Of a stretch of 64,000 nucleotides of DNA, positions 45,183-53,592 are shown piece after piece; position 1 is the first letter of the stretch, and every line of letters starts with the position of its first letter. Below the pieces are notes generated by a model. That model saw only the letters and a program-made list of their open reading frames with translations. It had not been told where the DNA came from and did not search any database. Source of the stretch: an uncultured Zetaproteobacteria bacterium (GTDB lineage Bacteria; Pseudomonadota; Zetaproteobacteria; Mariprofundales; Mariprofundaceae); assembly GCA_964645625.1 (NCBI GenBank), contig CAZYAI010000001.1, positions 52,968 through 116,967 of the forward strand, read 5' to 3'. Position numbers and translations under genes: made by a program.

Positions 45183-47825
45183 TTATAAATCATGTAAGGC
45201 ATGATGAACCACCTGACTTAGTTCTTCAGGGCTATAGGGTTTGCTGAGTATGGGGTGGCTTACATCCAGCTCGTGTTGTGTTTGTTCAGGGTCGTAGCCT
45301 GTGGCAAAAACAATGCGTACATCAGGGTGTTGCTCGCGTAATAAACGCGCCGCCCTTACTCCGCCCATAATGGGCATGACCACATCCAAGAGCAGTAGAT
45401 CGACTTCTAGCTGATGTTTGTGGTAAAGGGTGATGGCTTGCTCACCATTGCGCGCTTGAATGACACGGTAACCGAGCTGTTCCAACATGCCACTGACGGC
45501 GATTAAAGCGTGGTTGTCGTCATCGGCAACCAAAATACATTCACCATGACCATGCAGTATAGGTGTGCTAGCTGGTGTGGCTTCAGGTTCGGTGTCAACC
45601 AAAGGAAGGTCGATATGGAAGCTTGTCCCTGTGCCCGGTGTGCTTTCAATGGTGATTGTACCATGATGGGCTGCAACCACCGATTTCACCATCGTAAGCC
45701 CTAAGCCTGTGCCTTTGTCTTCATTCTTGGTGCTATAAAAGGGTTCAAAAACAGATCGTAGCTCATCGTCAGTCATGCCGCGCCCATTGTCCGATACGCT
45801 TAGACGCGCAACTTTTTGACCATCGTCAAACGGGCTGTCGCTGTCGTCATGCTTGTGGATATAATGTTCGTTTAACTCGACTAAAATATGCGCACTGGAA
45901 CAGCCAATGGTGGCATCGTGGGCATTATTGACCAAATTCATCAGTACTTGCTGTAATTGCGTGGCATTGCCAATGATTTGCATCGGTTCTTGAGCAAAGG
46001 TGATGGTTAATCCCACCCGTTCTGGCAGGGCTGCGCGATGCAGTTTGAGTGCTTCACGCATGATGGTGTTGATGGTTAATACCGTCATAGCAACGGAATC
46101 TTGGCGTGAAAAGTGCAGCATTTGCTGTATCATCTCGGAGGCTTGAAAGCATAAGGCTTCGCTGTGATGGATGTGTGTGGCAACATCATCTTGTTCGACT
46201 AACTTTACGCCCGCCAAGTACAAATGCCCGACTAAGCCAGTGATGACATTGTTAAAGTCGTGGGCGATTCCTCCCACCATCGCGCCTAAAGCAGCCATCT
46301 TTTGGTGCTGGTAGATAGCAAAGTCATGTTCGCGTTGCGCTGTAATATCCAGCAACAAGGTGTTGCAATGTGATGTTTGACCACGGGTGTTATAAATGGC
46401 CGCGCTGTACGCACGCACCCAGCGGGTTTCTCCATTGGCACTGATGACTCTAAATGGTGTGTGTTCCACATGTGGACAATGATGATTTAATTGCGCCAGC
46501 TTGCTTAACACGGCGGCTTGGTCTTCTGCGTGTAGCCATGATGTCCAAGCACTGTTGACTAATATTTTGGCTGGCTGTTGCAGCAGTTTTTCTATGTTGG
46601 CGGTGGCAAAGTCAATGGCATAATCCTGTTCGGCTAAGCAGCTATGACGCACCAGCATGGCAGGCCCTGCTTCAAACAGATCACCTTGTAAAATCGGGGA
46701 GGTCGTTACTGCTTCGCCAGTAGCTGTGTTTTTGCGGCGACGAATTTTACGGCTGATACCAACGGTAGCACATTGCGAATCTTGTTGTTGTAAGGGCGTT
46801 TCGTGTGTTTCTAAGGGGTGGCTGTAGCCGTGACAGTCAATACCTTCGTCGGTCAAACTGTGCGGTTTGCCTGATTGTACGACCTGTCGGTGTAGGTTTT
46901 GTAGTCGCGTGCTGCGCTCGGCACTGAATACATGGCGATCCGTTTTGCCTAATACTGTTTTTTTGCGTAGCCCAACAAAGCTGGCAAAGGCTTGGTTGCA
47001 GCCTAAGTAGTAGCCTTTTTTATCTTTGTAATAAATAAGGTCAGGAATGGAATCGAGCAGGTCGGTGAGGAATTGTTTGGCATGGATCAAACGCATCTCA
47101 TATTGCTGTCGCTCGTTGGCATCAATGGCTACACCGATCAAGCCTGCGACTTGACCACCATTGTCGTAATACGGGGCAAGGAATACATCCAACTGTACAC
47201 CGTGAATGGGCAACACATCGCGCACCACACTGCCTTCGCTGGCGCGGTAGAGGGCATGGCTCATCTCGGGGCAACTTTGGAATACATCAAAGATATTACG
47301 CCCTGTTGCTAAACCGTGAGAGAATTCAGGCAGTGCCAAGCAATCACCTTCGGATACTTCAATAAACCCCGATGCTTGGGTTTGGAAAATCACCCCCTGT
47401 TCACGCAAACTAAATTGCTGAAACTTACGCGTATGGCGATCACTTAGGGCGATGATGGGTTCAGGGATGCCTGCTTCTGCTTTGGGTAAGGAAGGTTCCA
47501 TGGTGAGTAGCAAACCGCAACGTTGTTGCTCATGGTTACGTAGGGTTGCCAAACGCCAATAACTGTGTTGAACGCTGACTTTGTCGGGGTAATCGTCCTG
47601 TTGCCAGCGGGCGATTGCCTCGCGAAACATGGCTTCGCGTTGTTCTTGAGGGTCAACAGAGAAGTATAAACGGTCACTGAAAAAGGGGACGGGCTTATGG
47701 TGGAAGTCAGCAAACGCTTGGTTCACGCGAATCATGCGGAACTCATAATCCATATAGGCAATCGGTGTCGAAATATGATCGAGGATTTCTCCCGACCAGT
47801 TGGCGATTGATAGCTTGTCAGACAC
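45183..47825 (-). CDS. PAS-domain hybrid sensor histidine kinase with C-terminal receiver, immediately upstream of cbbM
   Basis: 880 aa. PAS blocks. H-box GIAHDFNNVITGLVGHLYL. N/G boxes (LMNLVNNAHDAT, GTGLGLTMV). Receiver ILVADDDNHALIAVSGML...LLLLDVVMP. Confidence 0.85.
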   Translation of the reverse strand: MSDKLSIANWSGEILDHISTPIAYMDYEFRMIRVNQAFADFHHKPVPFFSDRLYFSVDPQEQREAMFREAIARWQQDDYPDKVSVQHSYWRLATLRNHEQQRCGLLLTMEPSLPKAEAGIPEPIIALSDRHTRKFQQFSLREQGVIFQTQASGFIEVSEGDCLALPEFSHGLATGRNIFDVFQSCPEMSHALYRASEGSVVRDVLPIHGVQLDVFLAPYYDNGGQVAGLIGVAIDANERQQYEMRLIHAKQFLTDLLDSIPDLIYYKDKKGYYLGCNQAFASFVGLRKKTVLGKTDRHVFSAERSTRLQNLHRQVVQSGKPHSLTDEGIDCHGYSHPLETHETPLQQQDSQCATVGISRKIRRRKNTATGEAVTTSPILQGDLFEAGPAMLVRHSCLAEQDYAIDFATANIEKLLQQPAKILVNSAWTSWLHAEDQAAVLSKLAQLNHHCPHVEHTPFRVISANGETRWVRAYSAAIYNTRGQTSHCNTLLLDITAQREHDFAIYQHQKMAALGAMVGGIAHDFNNVITGLVGHLYLAGVKLVEQDDVATHIHHSEALCFQASEMIQQMLHFSRQDSVAMTVLTINTIMREALKLHRAALPERVGLTITFAQEPMQIIGNATQLQQVLMNLVNNAHDATIGCSSAHILVELNEHYIHKHDDSDSPFDDGQKVARLSVSDNGRGMTDDELRSVFEPFYSTKNEDKGTGLGLTMVKSVVAAHHGTITIESTPGTGTSFHIDLPLVDTEPEATPASTPILHGHGECILVADDDNHALIAVSGMLEQLGYRVIQARNGEQAITLYHKHQLEVDLLLLDVVMPIMGGVRAARLLREQHPDVRIVFATGYDPEQTQHELDVSHPILSKPYSPEELSQVVHHALHDL

Positions 47826-47923
47826 AGAAACGCGCCTCCTTAGCGATGGTTATGCGATAACATAACGAGCCGTGCGATGGCATGCAACTGGTGTCGCCTA
47901 GCATTCCAGCATAGCATGCGCCG

Positions 47924-48316
47924 ATGCCTTGGTATGAACTTTGTATTCAAACACACTTTTCCGCTGCACATCAGTTGCGCGGTTATTCGGGTGATTGCGC
48001 CCGCCTGCATGGCCATAATTGGCATGTGAAGCTTTTTGTTGCCTGCGAGCAATTGGATGATCTGGGTATGGGTGTGGATTATAAAATCCTCAAACATGAA
48101 CTCAAAGAAGCCATTAGCATCTGGGATCATTACAACTTGAACGATATTCCCCCTTTTGACACCATCAATCCGACCAGTGAAAATGTTGCTCGTCTGCTGT
48201 TTGAGCGGATGACGGAACGCCTCAATAATGAGCGCGTGCAGGTCGCTCGCGTTGAAATTGCCGAAACATGTGCGGCGCGGGTTACTTACCATGTAGGTCG
48301 TTGGCATGGTGGATAA
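47924..48316 (+). CDS. queD: 6-carboxy-5,6,7,8-tetrahydropterin synthase (QueD/PTPS family)
   Basis: 130 aa: ...HFSAAHQLRGYSGDCARLHGHNWHVKLFV... carries the Zn-binding CxxxHGH motif of the PTPS family. Confidence 0.8.
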   Translation: MPWYELCIQTHFSAAHQLRGYSGDCARLHGHNWHVKLFVACEQLDDLGMGVDYKILKHELKEAISIWDHYNLNDIPPFDTINPTSENVARLLFERMTERLNNERVQVARVEIAETCAARVTYHVGRWHGG

Positions 48317-49574
48317 TCCCAGTGGCGCGCTAAGTCCTACGCACGCCAACAGTCGCTTGCAGGCAATCCGTGTGTTGGTGGCGGTGTTGGAGCATGGTGA
48401 GCGTGCCGACGCTGCCATGCTCGCCGTGCCTGAGCAGATGGAGCATGGCGCGGATCGTCGTTTTGTTCACAGTTTGGTATATACCACGTTGCGTTATTAT
48501 TTCTCGCTTGAAGCGGATGTTTCACGCTTTATACGAACTAAACCTGAACCTGCCGTCATGGCAGCGTTATTATTGGGTGCATGCCAGTTGCGCGTGTTGG
48601 ATACACCAGCTCATGCCGCTGTGTCAGCCACGGTGGATGCGATTCGCCTACTGCAACCGCGTGCTGCGGCGTTGGTGAATGCTGTGTTGCGTCAATTAAC
48701 CCGTCATGCCGCCCCTAAAAAACTTAAGCCAAATCAACGCTTGGAGCTTCCACGCTGGATCTATCAACAGTGGCGCGATCACTGGGGTATGGAAGCTTTG
48801 GAAGGGATTGCTGCAACACTGCGCACGCCACCACCGCTGAGTTGTTGTGTGTTAGGTTCACGCGATGCATGGTTGCAAGCGGCAACAGAACGTGGTCTGG
48901 ATGCGCGTGCTGGCACAGTAGCCAAGCATGCCGTGCTATTGCCTGGTGGCAGCAGTGTTCGCGATTTGCCTGGTTATGAACAAGGTGGGATATTGGTGAT
49001 GGATCAAGCGGCACAAGCGAGTGTGCAGTTATTGCTTGATGGTATTGCCGATGTAAACGCACCGCTGTCCGTGCTGGATCTGTGCGCTGCGCCAGGTGGT
49101 AAAACGGCATTGCTGGCGCATTGTTTGCCGCAAGCAACGGTTGTCGCAGTGGAATACAGTGCGCGTCGTTTGCCAACCTTGCAGCAAAATATGCAGCGTT
49201 TACGTTTGTCTTCGGTGCAACTGATGCAGGCAGACAGCAACTGTTTGCCGCTTGCGGATCAATCGATGGATGCTGTGTTCTTAGATGCGCCATGCAGTGC
49301 TTCTGGCGTTATGCGTAAACACCCTGATGTACGATTTTTACACGATCAATCGCAGCTTGAACGGCTGGCGGATCAGCAACGAGCGATGCTGCATGAGGCT
49401 ATTCGTGTGTTAAAACCTGAAGGCGTATTGCTTTATGCCGTCTGCTCAATTCATCCATTGGAGCATCAAGCAGCGCAAGATGAGGCACTGATATTAGAAG
49501 ACAGTATAACCCTGTTGCCCAGTGCCGAGCATGATGGTTTTTACGCGGCGCGTTTGCGTCACAACGAGCCATAA
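48306..49574 (+). CDS. rsmB: 16S rRNA (cytosine967-C5)-methyltransferase RsmB (NusB-like N-domain + NOL1/NOP2/Sun MTase)
   Basis: SAM motif VLDLCAAPGGKTALLAH. Catalytic DAPCSASGVMRKHPD and Cys-containing TC motif (YAVCSIHPLE). Overlaps queD by 11 nt. Confidence 0.85.
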   Translation: MVDNPSGALSPTHANSRLQAIRVLVAVLEHGERADAAMLAVPEQMEHGADRRFVHSLVYTTLRYYFSLEADVSRFIRTKPEPAVMAALLLGACQLRVLDTPAHAAVSATVDAIRLLQPRAAALVNAVLRQLTRHAAPKKLKPNQRLELPRWIYQQWRDHWGMEALEGIAATLRTPPPLSCCVLGSRDAWLQAATERGLDARAGTVAKHAVLLPGGSSVRDLPGYEQGGILVMDQAAQASVQLLLDGIADVNAPLSVLDLCAAPGGKTALLAHCLPQATVVAVEYSARRLPTLQQNMQRLRLSSVQLMQADSNCLPLADQSMDAVFLDAPCSASGVMRKHPDVRFLHDQSQLERLADQQRAMLHEAIRVLKPEGVLLYAVCSIHPLEHQAAQDEALILEDSITLLPSAEHDGFYAARLRHNEP

Positions 49575-49710
49575 AGCCATGCTTGTTTGTGATCGTGTGG
49601 GTGATGAGTATTAAACCCTCGGTTGTATAAGGGGTATATTCTCCGCCTTGGCAGTTGCGCCAAAGTTGTCTTTCTTTCGACTTGGTTATTTGTCTCATAA
49701 GGGGTTATGT

Positions 49711-50073
49711 ATGCAGCAAAGTAGCATTGTTATTGTTGGTCTTGGGCGTATTGGTTCGGAGTTTTTAGAACATTTTTTGGGTCTGTCGAATGTTGGCATC
49801 AGTATCATTGGTGTTGTTGAACCGTTGGATACTTTGGGTCGCCGCAAGGCGGAAAGTGCAGGTATTGCCTGCTTAAGCCTTGAGCAGGTTGTTGCCTTTG
49901 GTGAGGACGTGGACTTTATTTTTGACTTCACTGACTCGCCTAATCTGCGCAAAAGCATCATGCAACAGCTTGCTGATGCTGATAACCATCATACCGAAGT
50001 TACATCGGAGAAAACATTGGGCATGATGTGGCAATTGATGAGTGACGAGCCTATTCCTTTGCGTTTGTCTTAG
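49711..50073 (+). CDS. short Rossmann-type NAD(P)-binding protein (120 aa), unknown function
   Basis: MQQSSIVIVGLGRIGSEFLEHF has a GxGxxG dinucleotide fold. AAGGGG RBS. The listed ORF start at 49648 is an upstream extension. Confidence 0.5.
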   Translation: MQQSSIVIVGLGRIGSEFLEHFLGLSNVGISIIGVVEPLDTLGRRKAESAGIACLSLEQVVAFGEDVDFIFDFTDSPNLRKSIMQQLADADNHHTEVTSEKTLGMMWQLMSDEPIPLRLS

Positions 50074-50162
50074 CCTGAATTATTCACAAGAATCAAGCAC
50101 TACCACAAGTGCATGCTTTTGGTTAGTTTGCCCCGCATATTATATGCAACGAGAGGAATGTT

Positions 50163-50732
50163 ATGCTCAACAAAGTTATGTTAATCGGGAACCTTGGTGC
50201 TGATCCTGAAACACGTTTTATGCAGGATCAAACCTGTGTTTGCAACATTCGTCTGGCAACGACAGAGTCGTGGAAAGATCGCGCTACAGGTCAACGGCAA
50301 GAACGTACCGAATGGCATCGCGTTGAATTATGGGGACGTTTGGGCGAGATTGCGAATCAGTACTTACGTAAAGGCAGTCGTGTCTATATCGAGGGTGCTA
50401 TTCGTACCGATAAATGGACAGATCAAAGCGGTCAAGACCGTTATACTACCAAGATCCGTGCCAATGAAATGAAAATGTTAGATCGTCGTAGTGATGGTGA
50501 TTTTTCTCAGCAGCAAGCTCCGCAGCAGCAACGTCAGGGTGGTGCTAACAACTTCCCAGCTTATGGTGGTGCGCCTGCTACTGGTTCATCAAGTGGTCAA
50601 TATCAATCGCAAGCACCACAGCAGCAGTCTGCGCCGTCGATGTCACAACAGCAACCTGCTCGCAATAACGATCCTTTTGCTGATGCACCAGATTTTGGTA
50701 ACGCGCCAAGCGAAGACGATTTGCCGTTTTAA
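50163..50732 (+). CDS. ssb: single-stranded DNA-binding protein
   Basis: [19 protein letters not shown]... OB fold. Gly/Gln/Pro-rich linker. Acidic C-terminal tip DDLPF. Confidence 0.9.
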   Translation: MLNKVMLIGNLGADPETRFMQDQTCVCNIRLATTESWKDRATGQRQERTEWHRVELWGRLGEIANQYLRKGSRVYIEGAIRTDKWTDQSGQDRYTTKIRANEMKMLDRRSDGDFSQQQAPQQQRQGGANNFPAYGGAPATGSSSGQYQSQAPQQQSAPSMSQQQPARNNDPFADAPDFGNAPSEDDLPF

Positions 50733-50848
50733 TAACATAGCGGGCATGGTGTTTTTACACCCCCGTGATACAAGTTTTATATCATGGGGTGGCAAAGCCA
50801 TGCCCGTTAATTAAGCGGCTGATATTACGTAAGGCATGAGATCTTTTT

Positions 50849-51012
50849 TATACAGTATGGATAAAACAGCATAGCAATCTAAAAAAATGTCATGCTTCGC
50901 TTGATTTAATATCCAGTCTTGCGTCTGTTCGCCGAGTGGCGGATTAAGTCTGCAATGACGCATTGCTACTCAAAAAGTCACGAGTAAAATCATGCGTGCG
51001 TGACACCAGTTA
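50849..51012. repeat. single-unit member of the hairpin-repeat family seen as an array at 12041-12637
   Basis: Shares left flank TTTTTTATACAGTAT...GCAATCTAAAAA, core ATCCAGTCTTGCGTC.GTTCGC, and right flank TTGCTAC.CAAAAAGTCACG...CATGCGTGCGT.ACA.CAG with the array. Contains hairpins GCGGATTAAGTCTGC and GCAATGACGCATTGC. Confidence 0.6.
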
Positions 51013-51026
51013 AGCAGACAAGGATC

Positions 51027-51356
51027 TTATGCCTGCTTTTTGAAGCAGTGTACCCAGACTAAATCGTCTTCATTCCACGTCATGTTTTTGTGCATGCGTA
51101 AAATTAAATCTTTGTACATGGTAAGTGAGGGGTAGCCTTCTGCTTGTGCATCTTGATCGGTCATGTCGCCCAAACGTTGACGTTTTAAGTCGGTGACGAT
51201 GAAACTTGTGCCTTCGAGTTCAAAGGTTTCGTTAGGGTAGGCATACACACCGTCGCGACGTTGCTCTGTTTTGCGTCCTGCCAATGTTGCTTCAACCAAC
51301 TTGGGGTGGCTGACTAGGCGTGAAATATCACACGTTTTTTCGGGGAATGAGGGCAT
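51027..51356 (-). CDS. ASCH-domain protein (YqfB-like)
   Basis: 109 aa: ...HPKLVEATLAGRKTEQRR... matches the ASCH/PUA-like ILaGRKT.t.R core. Confidence 0.65.
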   Translation of the reverse strand: MPSFPEKTCDISRLVSHPKLVEATLAGRKTEQRRDGVYAYPNETFELEGTSFIVTDLKRQRLGDMTDQDAQAEGYPSLTMYKDLILRMHKNMTWNEDDLVWVHCFKKQA

Positions 51357-51393
51357 AATACGACCTTTTTAGTATGAACAGTGTTGTTGGGGT

Positions 51394-51804
51394 TTACAAT
51401 ATCCCAAGTAAGATTTCTTTGCTCGTCACCAACGCGGCAATATAGCTTAGCGTGAGCAGTGCGATACAGATGGCACTGCGCTGGTAGATTAATGGCAGCG
51501 ATGACGAAAAACAAAAAAATCCCGCCGCAATATATACGATGACAGCCAATAATTTAACTGCGAACCACGCATCTAACCATGGTGCGATGTTGAATAACAG
51601 GGCTAAAGCCCCGCCGCTGAGTAAAACAGCGGTGTCGATGACATCGGGTAAACCACGTTTTAACCATCGGAATGGAATGTTTTTGCCCTGCCAAGCATAC
51701 CACACGCGCCACAGGAATACCGCCGTTAGTAGGCAAACCAAACTGATGTGTAGATGTAAAAGCCACGAAGCCATCGGTTTAAGGGCAGATGATGAGGTGT
51801 TGGG
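51394..51804 (-). CDS. SirB2-family small membrane protein
   Basis: C-terminal ~135 aa (MASWLLHLHISLVCLLTAVFLWRVWYAWQGK...) are four-helix, SirB2-like. The listed ORF (to 51945) extends upstream into the rluC 3' end, so the start is uncertain. Confidence 0.55.
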   Translation of the reverse strand, partial: PNTSSSALKPMASWLLHLHISLVCLLTAVFLWRVWYAWQGKNIPFRWLKRGLPDVIDTAVLLSGGALALLFNIAPWLDAWFAVKLLAVIVYIAAGFFCFSSSLPLIYQRSAICIALLTLSYIAALVTSKEILLGIL

Positions 51805-52732
51805 TGATGGGTGACCATGAATCAGGCCATGGTGCATGCACCTCCACAGCGTGTTTGCGGTAGGGGTGAGTGAAGCGTAAACGCCAGGCATGCAAAGCCA
51901 AGCCGCGACCACCGTTGTGGCGGTAACGTTTGAGTGCGTCGGCATCGGCGTATTTGGGATCGCCTAAAATAGCATGCCCTTCTTGCTGCATGTGTACACG
52001 TAATTGGTGTGTGCGTCCGCTGTGCGGTTGCAGAGCAACGAGGGTGATGGGGTTGCCATGCCATAGGGCGCGTACCACGGTTTGAAAATCGGTGGTGGCA
52101 TGTTTGCCATCGTCATCGTCAATGACCATGCGTTCACCACCTTGCAAGTGTCCTTTGCTTAAACCAGAGGCAATATGCCCTGCGGCAGGGAAGGGGTGAC
52201 CTTCTACCCACGCGAAGTACGTTTTTTTTGCTAGGTGCAGGCGGAATTGCTCGGTCATGTCACGCAAGGCAGGTAGTTGCCGCGCTAATAACAGGCAGCC
52301 GCTGGTATCGCGATCCAGTCGATGGGCAAGGCGTAGGTCGTCGGATTGGTAATGCGCTTTGAGCTGTTCAATGAGGCCATCTTGGTGACCGCTGCCGCCA
52401 TGTACTACCATGCCAGCGGGTTTGTTGAGGATGAGTAGTCCTTCATCCTCCAGCAGAATATCAGGCATGTGGCGCAATGGTCGTGCTGTGATGAGAGCTG
52501 TTTCCTCATTGTTGCGCAATGATGCAGGGATGAAAATACGGTCTTCACAGGCTACGCGAGATTGTGCTTGGCAGCGTTTGCCATTGACGCGTATATTGCC
52601 TTTGCGAATGAGGCGCATAATCAGCGGGCGTTGCTGTTGCCCGCAGTGCCTGAGCAGCACCCTGTCTAGGCGGCTTCCGTCTTCGTTTTTATCAATGAAA
52701 ATATAAGCTTGGCTGTCATGATTGATTGCCAA
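51779..52732 (-). CDS. rluC: 23S rRNA pseudouridine synthase, RluA family (RluC-like), divergent from rne
   Basis: 317 aa. S4-like N-terminus (RLDRVLL...). Catalytic HRLDRDTSG motif. The divergent arrangement with rne mirrors enterobacterial rluC-rne. Confidence 0.8.
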   Translation of the reverse strand: MAINHDSQAYIFIDKNEDGSRLDRVLLRHCGQQQRPLIMRLIRKGNIRVNGKRCQAQSRVACEDRIFIPASLRNNEETALITARPLRHMPDILLEDEGLLILNKPAGMVVHGGSGHQDGLIEQLKAHYQSDDLRLAHRLDRDTSGCLLLARQLPALRDMTEQFRLHLAKKTYFAWVEGHPFPAAGHIASGLSKGHLQGGERMVIDDDDGKHATTDFQTVVRALWHGNPITLVALQPHSGRTHQLRVHMQQEGHAILGDPKYADADALKRYRHNGGRGLALHAWRLRFTHPYRKHAVEVHAPWPDSWSPITQHLIICP

Positions 52733-53149
52733 TGCGCCTCCCCTGCAGTAGTCTGCCGACGTTTTTTAGAAAGTGGTATGTGGCGTGAACTCTGCGGCAG
52801 GAATGCGCATTTTGCCAGTGTACTTGCGTTTGATGTCGCCACTGGGGGCGTTCGTTAGCTGTGAAAGCCGCTTGTTTGCCCGCGATACCTTTTTAAAAAT
52901 TGAAGCAAGGTTTTTTTGCCCACAGTGCCGAATGTACTGGTGACCTTGTGTTTGTATGTAAGAATGAAATAAGGATGGTGTGAGCCTCCAAAATACAGCT
53001 CCATCGCTTCTTTGCCCAGAAGATTGGTGTTGAGCTGATTTAATAGCCGTTTGCGGTAGCGGACGGTGTACGACTGTGGTCTGAAATGAAATGTATATCT
53101 GCACGATGCGCGCTTGTGAAAGAAAGCAAGGTGCTCGTGCATGGTTTGC

Positions 53150-53592
53150 TTCCTAAACTGAAATTTTCATGTCGATGGGCATGGTGTTTTGTCACCGCGT
53201 GCCATGGAATATCGTCGCACAGCGCATCAAAACACTATGCGTGTTTATTGTGTGGACAATAGTTCCGTATTTAAGTCAATGATGTGATAGTTCATCAAGG
53301 AAGCTAGGGATTTGCTTTATTGGGTTTGTTTGTGTTCAAGGCTGTTTGCTTGCTACATACTCCTTACGTAAATTCCTAAAAAAGGTGCTGATGTTGTGGT
53401 TTGTTGTCTTGCTGGATGTATATCGCAGGGTAACAGCGTAGAGCACCGTTTTGGACGTTAATGAATAAGGTAAACAGTCGCTATGCGGCTTGTAAGCGTT
53501 CGTCTTGCAGTAGTGTGTATCACGCTGTGTGACTGCGCCTTGCCGCGTATGGTTTAAGTCATATACCGCAAATGGCACTTTAGGACTGTGCT
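53150..53592 (+). promoter_or_regulatory. putative long rne 5' leader (autoregulatory UTR region)
   Basis: An ~860 bp gap separates the rluC start and the rne start. rne 5' leaders are long and structured in other Proteobacteria. No specific motif verified. Confidence 0.35.
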
